The notes beneath the pieces were generated by a model. It made no database searches. It saw only the letters and a program-made list of their open reading frames with translations, and had not been told where the DNA came from. 64,000 nucleotides of DNA from contig CAVZQR010000004.1 of assembly GCA_963777445.1 (NCBI GenBank), positions 186,263 through 250,262 on the forward strand, in the 5' to 3' direction. Source of the DNA: Candidatus Dormiibacterota bacterium. Its GTDB lineage: Bacteria; Chloroflexota; Dormibacteria; Aeolococcales; Aeolococcaceae. How positions within the stretch are numbered: position 1 is the first letter of the stretch; the number at the start of each line of letters is the position of its first letter. This document shows positions 9,725 to 18,583 of the stretch, one piece after another. Made by a program: the position numbers and the translations under genes.

Positions 9725-10504
9725 TCAAGCGGGACAGAAGGTCGCTTCGATGCCCCGCACGTCGCCATCTGCATCCGTGAGGATCGCAAGGTCGGCGTAG
9801 CCGAGCACGGCAAGCTCATCCCCGAGCAGGTCGGCCTGCTCTCCACCAAGTTCGAGGAGGATGGCAGCGCCGGGTCTCAGGAAGCCGCGACTGTCCCTGA
9901 GGACACGACGGAGGATGTCGGCGCCGTCGGAGCCGCCGTCGTAGGCAAGCGGAGTCTCGAACGTGAACGTGTCGCGTTGCAGGAGTGGGAGCTCGGGGGT
10001 CGGCACGTACGGAACAACAGCCACGACCACGTCGACGCCGCCCTCGAGATCTCGCGGCACCGGCTCGAAGAGGTCGCCACGGTAGACCTCGACGCCATTG
10101 GTGGCGGCGCCCCTGACTGCGCGGGGATCGAGGTCGGCGGCCACCACCCGAGCGCGCGGGCGATGTACCTGCAGGACCTTGGCGATGGCGCCGCACCCCG
10201 TGCAGAGATCGACTGCCGTGCCCTCAGGCGGGAGGCGCTCGACCGCTCGCCACGCAAGGGGCTCGCTCAGCCAGCGCGGCACGTACACGCCAGGATCGAC
10301 GTGCAATTCAATTCCGCAGAATGCGACTCTCCCGGTGATCCAGGCGAGTGGCTCGCCGGTGAGGCGGCGTCGAACAGCTCCGTCAAGGGTGGTGGCATCG
10401 CCCGCCGCGAAGGCAAGCAGTTGCTCCGCCTCCTCCTCCGCGGCGATGAAACCCTCGCGGGCGAGCAACTCGCCCAGCGACGCGGGATCGCCCGATAGCG
10501 CCAC
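9725..10504 (-). CDS. PrmC-related putative protein-(glutamine-N5) methyltransferase
   Basis: 259 aa with an HVDPGVYVPR motif, SAM-binding VDLCTGCGAI and the PrmC-like layout AVVPYVPT. Confidence 0.75.
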   Translation of the reverse strand: MALSGDPASLGELLAREGFIAAEEEAEQLLAFAAGDATTLDGAVRRRLTGEPLAWITGRVAFCGIELHVDPGVYVPRWLSEPLAWRAVERLPPEGTAVDLCTGCGAIAKVLQVHRPRARVVAADLDPRAVRGAATNGVEVYRGDLFEPVPRDLEGGVDVVVAVVPYVPTPELPLLQRDTFTFETPLAYDGGSDGADILRRVLRDSRGFLRPGAAILLELGGEQADLLGDELAVLGYADLAILTDADGDVRGIEATFCPA

Positions 10505-10508
10505 GGCG

Positions 10509-10619
10509 TCAACAGCAGCTGTTGGGTGGACTCGCGATCGCGATGATGCCGCCGATGACGACGAAGGCGAGCACGAGAACCAGGAGCGCGGCGATCACCA
10601 GCTTCGTCCTCGTGTCCAT
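10509..10619 (-). CDS. small single-pass membrane peptide (36 aa), hypothetical
   Basis: Own translation: MDTRTKLVIAALLVLVLAFVVIGGIIAIASPPNSCC. It ends 5 nt before the methyltransferase start and is too short for the ORF track. Confidence 0.3.
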   Translation of the reverse strand: MDTRTKLVIAALLVLVLAFVVIGGIIAIASPPNSCC

Positions 10620-10752
10620 GGGTGGACCGAATGATGCACAAAGCCGTACGGCACCGGTCATTTGGCGGACCGCGGCCTGAGCTGCCCGCTCCGCTACCGC
10701 GCCGCCAGGCGTGACGCGGCGGTGCGATGTGGATCAAGCACCGCGGGGTCCA

Positions 10753-11007
10753 TTAGCCCGACGGACCCACCTCACGGGCCGATGGCCCGGAGCGCGAGGT
10801 CCGAGCATACCGCGAGGGTTCGGCCTTTGTGGGGAGCGGCGCCCGCGCCAGGCTGGCACGATCCAACAGGCTCCGGCACTTGAGGCACTTGAAGATGGGA
10901 CGGTCGGTTGGGTGGGGCCAGCCGTCTCGATGACGGTCATCGCGACGAGACGGGGTGAATGTCAGCGGGATCACGCGATCGGCCCCGCAACGCCCGCAAA
11001 GGATCAA
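10753..11007 (-). CDS. hypothetical zinc-ribbon-like protein
   Basis: 84-aa ORF with a TTG start and two CxxC pairs (CGRC ... CLKC). No family recognised. Confidence 0.25.
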   Translation of the reverse strand: MILCGRCGADRVIPLTFTPSRRDDRHRDGWPHPTDRPIFKCLKCRSLLDRASLARAPLPTKAEPSRYARTSRSGPSAREVGPSG

Positions 11008-11107
11008 CGCCGTCGGATTCTGCCACCCGTTCCTCGAGGCGTGTGTTCGCTACCGAACCAACCGGTCTATGGGGCCGTCAGCGCACGACGTCGCGGAACA
11101 ATCCGTG

Positions 11108-11479
11108 TTAGATCTCTTCTCTCATCTGAACCGAGGTTTCCCGGTAACCCAGCGTTGAAGAGAGGGCTCGCGCGATTGCGTTGTGGCCGAAGACGTTGAG
11201 CGCCAGCGCGTGAAGGCCGTTGCGCCTCCCCTCGTCCTCAGCGAGTTGCATCGCTGCTCGCCCGTAGCCGCGGCCTCCGTACGCCTCATCAACCGAAATG
11301 TCGTAGATGAAACCCCCGCCACTCTCCGCGCGCGGGTTTCGCAGCGCCAGCCGGAGCCACCCCACGGGTTCACCATCCGCCTCCACTCTGAAGATCAACT
11401 GATCTGGAGGGGCGAGCCCCTGAGGGAGCGTCTCCGCAGTATCACGTCGACCCTTCTCCTCGGCCGCTTCCCGGCTCAT
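11108..11479 (-). CDS. GNAT-family N-acetyltransferase, apparently 5'-truncated
   Basis: The C-terminal GNAT core is present (FIYDISVDEAYGGRGYGRAAMQLAE...LNVFGHNAIARAL..LGY). The frame stays open upstream (..NIEIVASGSM..) until it runs into the att repeat at 11512. The usual N-terminal ~45 aa are missing. Confidence 0.75.
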   Translation of the reverse strand: MSREAAEEKGRRDTAETLPQGLAPPDQLIFRVEADGEPVGWLRLALRNPRAESGGGFIYDISVDEAYGGRGYGRAAMQLAEDEGRRNGLHALALNVFGHNAIARALSSTLGYRETSVQMREEI

Positions 11480-11511
11480 GCTCCCGGACGCAACGATCTC
11501 GATGTTCCGAC

Positions 11512-11571
11512 TACCGGGCCCGGGAATTGAACCCGGACGAGGGTTTCCCCCCAGCGGTTTTTAAGACGCCG
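11512..11571 (-). repeat. attL: 3' fragment of tRNA-Leu (anticodon loop to discriminator)
   Basis: Aligns by eye with 21939..21999 with 2 substitutions and 1 single-base indel. It lacks the 5' half of the tRNA. Confidence 0.85.
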
Positions 11572-11642
11572 TGATGAGCGTTCACAAGCTCACTACCTAT
11601 CCCCTCCCGTATTCGACATGTCCCAACGCGTCCCTCCCTGTC

Positions 11643-11682
11643 CCCCCGAAGTACCGCCCCTTGGCTACATCGTTTGGCTACA
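11643..11682 (+). repeat. CCCCCGAAG box followed by a TTGGCTACA-N4-TTGGCTACA dyad (candidate arm-type/recombination-directionality sites)
   Basis: Read directly: CCCCCGAAG at 11643-11651, TTGGCTACA at 11661-11669 and 11674-11682. The same boxes occur at 21865-21897. Confidence 0.5.
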
Positions 11683-11938
11683 GAGCGGGCGGTGCGGGCG
11701 GTGGTGGCGGAGTGGGCACCGAGCGTCCGCGAGCCCTGCTGACCTGATACGCGAGTGTGGCGACCACGAGGAGCCCGAGTCCCACATAGGCGAGGATTGC
11801 GCCGGTAGTGCCGAACCACGCCGCGGGTCCGAAGATCACCACGAGAAAGGCCAGAACGGTAAGGCAGCCGCAGCCGGACGTTTGCTTGATGGTGGTCACC
11901 CGCCCGTCCGGGCTGATGATCTTCGTGACGCGACTCAC
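11678..11938 (-). CDS. small two-TM membrane protein, island cargo
   Basis: 86 aa. Its start overlaps the integrase stop. It has two hydrophobic segments (CLTVLAFLVVIFGPAAWF, ILAYVGLGLLVVATLAY) and a Pro-rich tail. Confidence 0.5.
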   Translation of the reverse strand: MSRVTKIISPDGRVTTIKQTSGCGCLTVLAFLVVIFGPAAWFGTTGAILAYVGLGLLVVATLAYQVSRARGRSVPTPPPPPAPPAL

Positions 11939-13083
11939 CGCGGCTCTCCCAACAGGCGGTCGATGGCGTCCGCGGCCTCCCGCTGGAGTGCGGGCAGCAC
12001 GTGGCTATAGGTGTTCATGGTCAGCGCGATCGAGCTATGGCCGAGCGTCTCCATGACCACGCGGGGCGACACGCCCTGGACGAGCATGAGGGACGCCGCC
12101 GAGTGGCGCAGGTCGTGCCAGCGGATCGCGGGCAGCCCCGCGCGTCGGAGGGTTGCGTGGAAGGCCCGCCGGAGCTCCGAGGTATCAACTGGCGTACCGA
12201 TGCTGGAGGTGAACACGAAGCCGCCGTCGTGCCACCGGCCACCCGCGAGGAGCCGGTCCTGGAGCTGCCGGGTACGGTGTGCCCGGAGGGCGTCGGCCAC
12301 CATGCCCGGCATGACCACGGTGCGCCGGCTGCGGGCGCTTTTCGTGGGAATGAGCTGCACCTTGCCAGCGATGCGCTGGAGGCCGTGCTCGACCCTGAGC
12401 GTACCCGCCTCGAGGTCGACGTCCTGCCAACGCAGGCCGAGGGCCTCGCCCTGGCGGAGCCCGATCGCGAGCGCGGTGGCGTAGAGCGCTTCTAGGCGGT
12501 CGCCCTTCGCGGCGTCGAGGAAGGCGCGCGCCTGCTCCGGGCTCAGCACGGTCATCTCGCGGTGCTCGACACGGACCGGCCGGGAGAGGCCGGCGGGATT
12601 GCGGACGATGAGCCCATCGCGCACCGCCTGAGTGAGCGCCGCCCGGAGCACCGCGCGCATGTGGTGGACGGTTCTCGGCGCCGGGCCGGAGTCGAGCTTC
12701 GCGGCGAGGAATGCGTCGACGTCAGTGGGTTGTAGGGCGACGAGGCGGAGCTTGCCTAGTCCGGGGATCAGGTGGACATTGACCAGCTCGGAGTAGCGGC
12801 GGTGGGTGGAGGGACGGACCCCGTGAGGCGGCCGGATGCTCTCCAACCAGCGACCCAGGAAGGCGCCGACGGTGACCTGGCGTCCGGCAGTGCGAATCCC
12901 CGCCTCGATCTTGCGGAGCTCGTCGCGGAGCTTCCGGTCCGCCTCGCCAGCGGTGAGCGCGTAGCGCACCAGGCGCTGACGCGGGCCACCCTCGACGGTC
13001 AGGTCGATGACAGCCACCCACTTCCCATCCGACTTGCGGTGGTAGACCGAGCCCCGGCGGGTGCTGCGGTTCTTCGTCGTCAT
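11935..13083 (-). CDS. int: tyrosine-type site-specific integrase
   Basis: The start is MTTKNRS at 13083, ATGA-overlapped with the upstream XRE gene. The catalytic region shows RQGEALGLRWQDVD, HDLRHSAASLML and LGHSSIALTMNTYSHV. Confidence 0.95.
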   Translation of the reverse strand: MTTKNRSTRRGSVYHRKSDGKWVAVIDLTVEGGPRQRLVRYALTAGEADRKLRDELRKIEAGIRTAGRQVTVGAFLGRWLESIRPPHGVRPSTHRRYSELVNVHLIPGLGKLRLVALQPTDVDAFLAAKLDSGPAPRTVHHMRAVLRAALTQAVRDGLIVRNPAGLSRPVRVEHREMTVLSPEQARAFLDAAKGDRLEALYATALAIGLRQGEALGLRWQDVDLEAGTLRVEHGLQRIAGKVQLIPTKSARSRRTVVMPGMVADALRAHRTRQLQDRLLAGGRWHDGGFVFTSSIGTPVDTSELRRAFHATLRRAGLPAIRWHDLRHSAASLMLVQGVSPRVVMETLGHSSIALTMNTYSHVLPALQREAADAIDRLLGEPR

Positions 13084-13793
13084 CGTCCCGACCTCCTCGT
13101 GGTGCTCTGTCCAGCCTGTTTCGCTCTCTTCGGTGCCATCTCGGCGAGTTGTCGCTCCGCCTTGCGTGCCTTGCCGGCGAACCACTCGACCATCGCCCGC
13201 TGTAACTCGCCGATCAGGATTCGCGTGATGTGCGTGCGTCGTGTGCGCGTATCCCCGGAGCCGCCGCCTCCGGCCTCCAGACGTCGCTCGCGCTCGTCGA
13301 TGATGCCGTGCCCCCAGAGTCGGACTGCGACCTCGGAGACGTCATCAGTGCTGATGCCGAGACCGCGGGCGACCTTCGCCATCGCCTCGTCCGCCTGTGC
13401 GTCGGTCACCTCCGTATTCACCACGTGCTCGCTCGGGACGCGGAGGATCCATACGGGGCCGTTCTTCGTGCCGACTCGGATCGTGGTGCTTGGGTCTACG
13501 GTGAGCAACGAGAACCACTGCTCAGGGGATGGGAAGGTAGGACCGGCGACGTCGGCGCTCGGAGAGATCGGCGTCTGGAGCAGGAACGCGAAGAGCACCA
13601 GCTCGTCGACACTCAGACGGCGGCGCCCATTCTCGATCTGCGCCACGGTGCCGCGGGTGAACCCCTCGAACCCCCACGCCCTCACTCCGGCGGCGAGGGT
13701 CTCCTGGCTCCAGCCGAGTTCCTCGCGACGGCGCCGCAAATTGCCAGCGACGATCGCTGAGGGTGTCGAAACGGCGGGGTGCTCGCGGCTCAT
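13080..13793 (-). CDS. XRE-family HTH regulator (candidate island repressor)
   Basis: 237 aa with an N-terminal HTH_3-type motif (LRRRREELGWSQETLAAGV...GTVAQIENGRRRLSVDELV). It is translationally coupled to int and divergent from the xis-like gene. Confidence 0.85.
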   Translation of the reverse strand: MSREHPAVSTPSAIVAGNLRRRREELGWSQETLAAGVRAWGFEGFTRGTVAQIENGRRRLSVDELVLFAFLLQTPISPSADVAGPTFPSPEQWFSLLTVDPSTTIRVGTKNGPVWILRVPSEHVVNTEVTDAQADEAMAKVARGLGISTDDVSEVAVRLWGHGIIDERERRLEAGGGGSGDTRTRRTHITRILIGELQRAMVEWFAGKARKAERQLAEMAPKRAKQAGQSTTRRSGR

Positions 13794-13939
13794 GTAGACG
13801 CCATGGTACGCCTTGGGATGGCATTTGGCAACCCTATATGGATAGAGAACGCCACGCTATGCAAATGATGTAGGGTTTGCTACAATGCTTACATAGAACC
13901 GGCCACGTCCGCGACCACCCACATCCATGGAGGACCTTC
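13794..13939. promoter_or_regulatory. divergent switch region between the XRE repressor and the excisionase-type gene
   Basis: The locally most AT-rich stretch of the island. It holds an imperfect inverted repeat GCAACCCTA (13828-13836) / TAGGGTTTGC (13871-13880), TACAAT at 13881-13886 and TTGGCA at 13825-13830. Confidence 0.45.
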
Positions 13940-14134
13940 GTGGAACAGACCCTCGTCCTCAGCGTCCCCGAGGCAGCGCAAGTGCTCGGTCTCAGCGCGA
14001 ACCACGTTTGGCGGCTCATCGGAACGGGCGAGCTTCCCTCGATGCGCCTCGGCCGGCGAGTCTTAGTCCCGCGGGCGGCGCTGGTCGCCCTCGTGGAGAA
14101 CGCCGCAGGTCGCCAGATGGCAGCGGCCCACTGA
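13940..14134 (+). CDS. xis: excisionase-family / HTH_17 DNA-binding protein
   Basis: GTG 13940 follows a GGAGGA RBS. The 64-aa product carries LSVPEAAQVLGLSANHVWRLIGTGELPSMRLGRRVLVPRAAL, typical of MerR-superfamily excisionases. Confidence 0.8.
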   Translation: MEQTLVLSVPEAAQVLGLSANHVWRLIGTGELPSMRLGRRVLVPRAALVALVENAAGRQMAAAH

Positions 14135-14177
14135 GGAGACCGCCGGTCTGAGGGTTCTTCCTCCGGCCCAGCGTCAT

Positions 14178-14342
14178 ATGTCGGCGACGACCACCAGTTC
14201 CGTCCTTCCACGCGCGACGTGCCCGGTGTGCGGCTCCACGGCCCCGATCCTGCCGGGTGGCGACCGAAACGCTCCGTGTGGCCGTCACGCACCACTCACG
14301 CAACGCCCGCGGCCGCGACCACGAGATGCCGATGGACAGTAG
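14178..14342 (+). CDS. hypothetical 54-aa Cys-rich (zinc-ribbon-like) ORF
   Basis: Own translation: MSATTTSSVLPRATCPVCGSTAPILPGGDRNAPCGRH... It overlaps the RepA-like start. It could be a separate peptide or a displaced N-terminal Zn finger of the replication protein. Confidence 0.25.
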   Translation: MSATTTSSVLPRATCPVCGSTAPILPGGDRNAPCGRHAPLTQRPRPRPRDADGQ

Positions 14343-15470
14343 ACCGGCCATCCCCATGGCGCTCGAGAAACTCGACCTCGGCGGCCAGTGGATCAGTCAG
14401 TTGCGCCCGTCTGCGGCCGCGCAGGAAGCCGTCGCCTGGAATCGGGATCACGACCAGAGGGCATCGGTCGAGGACCGGCGCCGCGTTGTTCGCATCCCCG
14501 CGGGTCGGTCTTCATTGCGTTCGAAGGTTCTGGCCGGGGACGCAATCCTCGACGTGCCCGCTCCCCGCTCACTCGTCGGCGATCTGCTCCAGCTCGACAG
14601 CCTCGCAGCCATCTACGGACCGCCGGCCTCGGGCAAGTCGTTTTTGGCGCTCGACGTCGCGTTATCTGTTGCCTCGAGCCAGCCATGGCAGGGCAAGGAC
14701 GTCGTCGACGGTCCCGTGGTGTACGTGATCGCCGAAGACATCCCCGGCACCGCGTTGCGGGCTCGCGCATGGCGAAGCCGTCATCAGAGCCTCGGCAATA
14801 TCCACTGGCTGCCGACGCGAGTTCCTCTCCTGGAGAGCGAGTCGGTCGCCGAACTGTGCGACGTCGTCGCGGAAATCGCGCCAGCCCTAATCGTCGTCGA
14901 CACGCTGGCCCGAACGATGGTCGGCAGCGACGAGTCCTCGACGCGCGATATGGGTTTGGCGGTGGACGCGCTCGACCGCCTCCGAGCGGTGCTCGGGAGC
15001 TGCGTCCTCATCGTTCACCACTCCGGCAAGGACGGCAGCCGCGGCATGCGCGGCAGCATCGCCCTCCTCGCTGCGACTGACACAGCCATTGAGTGCCGGC
15101 GCACACACGACGGCCTGACGGCCCAGGTCGCGAAACAGAAGAACGGCGCCGACGGACAACGCATGCACTTCCGTATCGATCCTGAGGGCGAAAGCGCCGT
15201 GCTCGTCGCGTCCGACGCTTCCAGCGACACGGGTGACGCCTTCCGGCCAACCGAGCTCATGCGACGTGTCTCGACCTGGCTAGAGACCAACCCGGACGCA
15301 AGCGTGCGCGCCATCCGCGATGCCAAGCTCGGACGCCGCGCCGAGTACGTCGACCTGGCGGTTGCTTGCCTCATCCGCGAAGGGTTTGTCACGACAACTC
15401 CGGGCGCCGCGGAGCGAGCTTGCACCGCTCCGTCGCGCCCTTCGAGGAGGGTGACGATGATGCTGCCTAA
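14326..15470 (+). CDS. RepA-like AAA_25/RecA-fold replication ATPase, probably frameshifted near 15403-15410
   Basis: Walker A (IYGPPASGKSF), Walker B (ALIVVDTL) and HHSGKDGS motifs are present. Track ORF 14257..15888 runs on through the iteron array. A 1-nt shift after ..FVTTTPG gives RGASLHRSVAPFEEGDDDAA and a stop at 15468-15470, just before the iterons. Confidence 0.6.
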
Positions 15471-15474
15471 TCCT

Positions 15475-15599
15475 GTGTCCGACCGTGTCCCAGCGTGTCC
15501 CGGACGCGGCCGAGTGACCGTGTCCGCGTGTCCCCCCTTAACAGGGGACACACACGGGACACACTCGATGGCACTACTCAAATGGGTCGACCGTGTCCC
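15475..15599. repeat. iteron-like array of GTGTCC(C) repeats with a central palindrome (candidate island replication origin)
   Basis: GTGTCC occurs at 15475, 15485 and 15495 (10-bp phasing), then at 15520 and 15528. A perfect inverted repeat GTGTCCCC (15528-15535) / GGGGACAC (15544-15551) follows, then GGGACAC at 15556 and GTGTCCC at 15593. Confidence 0.6.
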
Positions 15600-15888
15600 A
15601 ACCTCGAGACAGGTGAATCACCCCTTGCCTGAGGCCGTAGGCGGCGCCAGCGCAGACGCCGAGCCATCGGTGCAGGCCGGGGCGGTCGCATCCCATGAGC
15701 GCGTCTGCGGTGACCGCAGCGGAGCCACTGTCGTCCGTCGTCACGCCCACCCCGAGACGCGCCTGCCGAGCCCCGTTGAGTGTGCGAGCGGTGTTCAAAA
15801 CCGCAGGGGACGTATTCGGAACCGGCCGAATGTAGCCAAACGGTGTAGCCACCGCGCCCAAAAACGCGTCGTGGAGCCCGCACTATGA
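15568..15888 (+). CDS. hypothetical protein (106 aa)
   Basis: ATG 15568 is in the frame of the long track ORF, and its stop overlaps the RusA start (ATGA). Composition is Arg-rich and atypical. No family recognised. Confidence 0.25.
   Translation: MALLKWVDRVPTSRQVNHPLPEAVGGASADAEPSVQAGAVASHERVCGDRSGATVVRRHAHPETRLPSPVECASGVQNRRGRIRNRPNVAKRCSHRAQKRVVEPAL
15831..15850 (-). repeat. third copy of the GGCTACA dyad (TGTAGCC-N6-TGTAGCC on the plus strand)
   Basis: TGTAGCC at 15831-15837 and 15844-15850, the reverse complement of the dyads at both island ends with the same 13-bp phasing. It lies 35 nt upstream of rusA. Confidence 0.4.
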
Positions 15889-16388
15889 CCGCTCTCATCG
15901 CCACCCGGCAATGGCACTTCACCATCCCTGACGCCCCGGTCGCCGCCGGACGTCCTCGGGTTGCGGTGCGTGGTGGACGTCCGCACGGCTACATGCCGGC
16001 GAAGACAGCTCAGGCCGCCTGGCGGATCCGCGAGCACGTGACTGCCGAGCTCGGTCCTGCGTGGACTCCGCTCAGTGGTCCGATCGCTCTCGCTGTCGTG
16101 GTCTACGTACCGATGCCCGCGAGCATCCCGAGGCGCGAGCGGACCACCGCAAGACCAGAGCGCCGTCCTGACCTCGACAACTACGTGAAGACCGCCATGG
16201 ACGGGTTGTCACCGCTCTGGCTGGACGACGCGCAGGTAGTCGAACTCCACGCGGAGAAACGCTTCGCTGCTGATCGTCCGCCGTGCTGGGAGATCGCCGT
16301 CGAAGCACTCACAAAGCCCTCTTCGGGGGCGTCGGTAAGCGGTGCCGGCGTCCCCTTACCACCACACAAGGAGAACCATGGGATCTGA
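15885..16388 (+). CDS. rusA: RusA-family crossover-junction endodeoxyribonuclease
   Basis: 167 aa with GRPRV...MPAKTAQAAW, PDLDNYVKTAMDGL and the DDAQVVELHAEKRF motif typical of RusA. Confidence 0.8.
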   Translation: MTALIATRQWHFTIPDAPVAAGRPRVAVRGGRPHGYMPAKTAQAAWRIREHVTAELGPAWTPLSGPIALAVVVYVPMPASIPRRERTTARPERRPDLDNYVKTAMDGLSPLWLDDAQVVELHAEKRFAADRPPCWEIAVEALTKPSSGASVSGAGVPLPPHKENHGI

Positions 16389-17067
16389 TCCTGAAGATCA
16401 GCTCCGCGCCGGCGAACTGCTCTGGGTGCTGGCCCGCGAGGGTATCCAGCTGCCAGGCGTGCCCTTCGTGGTCGTTATCGAGATCGGCAACCTTCTCGCC
16501 GATGGCATCGCCAAAGGACTAGCCACCCAGACGATAGCGGCGCAGATCGCACCACTCCTGGACGGCGACTTCAAGCGCGCGCTGCTGATCGTCCGCACCG
16601 AGCGGGCTCGTGCCATGAGTGGGGCTGAGTACGCCAATGCGAAGGCCGCCGGGGACTACGACAAGGAGTGGATGGACGACGAGATCGCCTGTCCAATCTG
16701 TCGGGCCAATGCTGCTCAGGGAGCCATTTCAATGACGCAGCCATTCTCAAGCGGCGCCCTGTACCCGCCGGCTCATCCCAACTGCCGCTGCGCGCTGCAA
16801 ACCGTCGCCCATCAGGCGACCACGGAGAAGACCTTGATGCCACCTAGCGACGGGTACTGGTACTCGCTGTCCTACGACGACATGGAGAAGCTGGTGAAGG
16901 CTCTCGCTGCAGACCCGGACCTCGCGGAAAACTTCCTGTATCAGCTGCGCTTTACCGCGGAGCACCAACACGACGACATCGAGCGTGCGGGAGCGCTCGC
17001 GAAGGCAACAGGGGCTGACGTCACCGTCCCTGCCTTCTCAACAACCATTACCACTAGAAAGGAGTAG
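16378..17067 (+). CDS. phage head-morphogenesis protein domain (Mu F / SPP1 gp7 family)
   Basis: ATG 16378 follows an AAGGAG RBS. It carries the hallmark motif PPAHPNCRCAL and an upstream CPICR. It is short for the family. Confidence 0.7.
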   Translation: MGSDPEDQLRAGELLWVLAREGIQLPGVPFVVVIEIGNLLADGIAKGLATQTIAAQIAPLLDGDFKRALLIVRTERARAMSGAEYANAKAAGDYDKEWMDDEIACPICRANAAQGAISMTQPFSSGALYPPAHPNCRCALQTVAHQATTEKTLMPPSDGYWYSLSYDDMEKLVKALAADPDLAENFLYQLRFTAEHQHDDIERAGALAKATGADVTVPAFSTTITTRKE

Positions 17068-17076
17068 CACACACTG

Positions 17077-17820
17077 ATGGCTAACGACATTGCCTACGGC
17101 GTTGTCGCGACGCTCACGAAGAGTCGCGTCGATGACGACGGCATCCTCTATTTCGAGGCGTCCAAAGCGACCGGCCCGGACCTCGACGGCGACGGTCAGC
17201 GCGTCGATATGCGCTGGGCCGTTCCTGCGATGCGCGAATGGTTCGCGACCGGTGGAAATTTGCGTGAGCAGCACGATCCCAAGCGAGCCATCGGCCGCGC
17301 GTTGACGCTCGAGGAGCGCTCAGACGGCGTGTACATCTCCGGGCGCGTTGTGGATCCGGTCACCGTCGCGAAGGTCAGCGAAGGCGTGCTCCAGTATCTC
17401 TCGATCGGTGTCAGAGGGAGCCAAGTCGACTACACGCAGAAGGCCGTCGCTCCCAACGGCATCATCAATGGCGGCCGGATCGTAGAATGCTCACTTGTGG
17501 ACCGCGGGTCTAATCCCACGGCGAAGCTCGTGCTCGCCAAAGCGGACGGACCGGACGGTCACATGGCAGTCGATGGCGAACTCGTGAAGTACAACACCGG
17601 GGGGTCATTCTTCGGCGTCGAAACCGCGGATCAGCTCTTGAAGGCCGTGAAAGCCGATCCCGGCCTATGGCGCCGCCGGCTTGGCGTCGATGCCCACTTG
17701 CAGAAGATGGAGCAGGAAGTCGCCGAGCTGCAACGCCAACTCGACTTGGTTAACGCGATCCCCCTTCCCGCCGCCCACCGTTTTGCAGCCCAGAACGGCC
17801 AATCAAGGAGAACAGCATGA
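17077..17820 (+). CDS. HK97-family prohead protease with C-terminal coiled-coil (scaffold-like) extension
   Basis: LREQHDPKRAIGRALTLEERSDGVYISGRVV....LQYLSIGVRG matches the S78/U35 protease core as I recall it. The C-terminus KMEQEVAELQRQLDL looks like a coiled coil. Confidence 0.65.
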   Translation: MANDIAYGVVATLTKSRVDDDGILYFEASKATGPDLDGDGQRVDMRWAVPAMREWFATGGNLREQHDPKRAIGRALTLEERSDGVYISGRVVDPVTVAKVSEGVLQYLSIGVRGSQVDYTQKAVAPNGIINGGRIVECSLVDRGSNPTAKLVLAKADGPDGHMAVDGELVKYNTGGSFFGVETADQLLKAVKADPGLWRRRLGVDAHLQKMEQEVAELQRQLDLVNAIPLPAAHRFAAQNGQSRRTA

Positions 17821-18170
17821 GCTTTCCGTCTCTCTTCCAACACTTCGCCGGACGACGCACGCCGCGACCAAACGCTCCTACACCCGCAACCGAGCATCGT
17901 TCTTTCGCGCCGCCGGAGGGTATGCGCGGCCCCATAGAACCGATCAGCGGGAGCACGCCCACCGCGTTCGCACCGCCGGAGCCATCCTCGAGCCCGACGC
18001 CCGTCAACGTCAACGCGTGGGGCGATGAGCTTCCAACAATTGTTGGGGACCAGCGCAACGTGCATCCCGACAGCACCACGGCTCGTGGAGTCCCTGTAGT
18101 GAGAGGGGGCTCGCCGCCTCTGCGCATCACGCCGATCGACGTTCGAAATCATTCTGGAGAGCAGTCATGA
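17817..18170 (+). CDS. hypothetical Pro-rich protein
   Basis: 117-aa ORF, ATGA-coupled to the protease gene. Low-complexity Pro/Ser-rich sequence with no family recognised. Confidence 0.35.
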   Translation: MSFPSLFQHFAGRRTPRPNAPTPATEHRSFAPPEGMRGPIEPISGSTPTAFAPPEPSSSPTPVNVNAWGDELPTIVGDQRNVHPDSTTARGVPVVRGGSPPLRITPIDVRNHSGEQS

Positions 18171-18583
18171 CAATCGCTCGCGAAGGCAACAACGTATACG
18201 TCGTAGAACAGACAAAACCGCGCAATGTGGACGCTGATCGAGCCGAGTGGGCTGCGCGCACCGCGCCGCCGCTGCCACCGGGTGCCTTTACACCGCAGCC
18301 GCCACCCGCCACCCGTCAAATGACCGGCGCTGAGTATATGAACGCCCAACTCGCCGAGCAGCGCCGTGCTAAAGAGGCCGAGCAGCCGATCGGCTCCATC
18401 CTCGACGCGGCCGTGGAACGGCTCGGAGTGCTGCTCGAAGCGGTCGCGGATCAGCAGGCAGGCCGTCCGCTCACCGAGCGGCAAATGGCCGCATTCGGTG
18501 ACCTCGCGCGCCTCCTCGACACGGCGAAGGAGCGCCGGCTGGGCCTGGGGATCGGCTATGCCGTTGGGCTGGCGCAGTCATGA
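18167..18583 (+). CDS. hypothetical protein (paralog of the next ORF)
   Basis: 138 aa, ATGA-coupled at both ends. It shares a LLEAVADQQAGRPL-type segment with ORF 18580..18960. Confidence 0.45.
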   Translation: MTIAREGNNVYVVEQTKPRNVDADRAEWAARTAPPLPPGAFTPQPPPATRQMTGAEYMNAQLAEQRRAKEAEQPIGSILDAAVERLGVLLEAVADQQAGRPLTERQMAAFGDLARLLDTAKERRLGLGIGYAVGLAQS

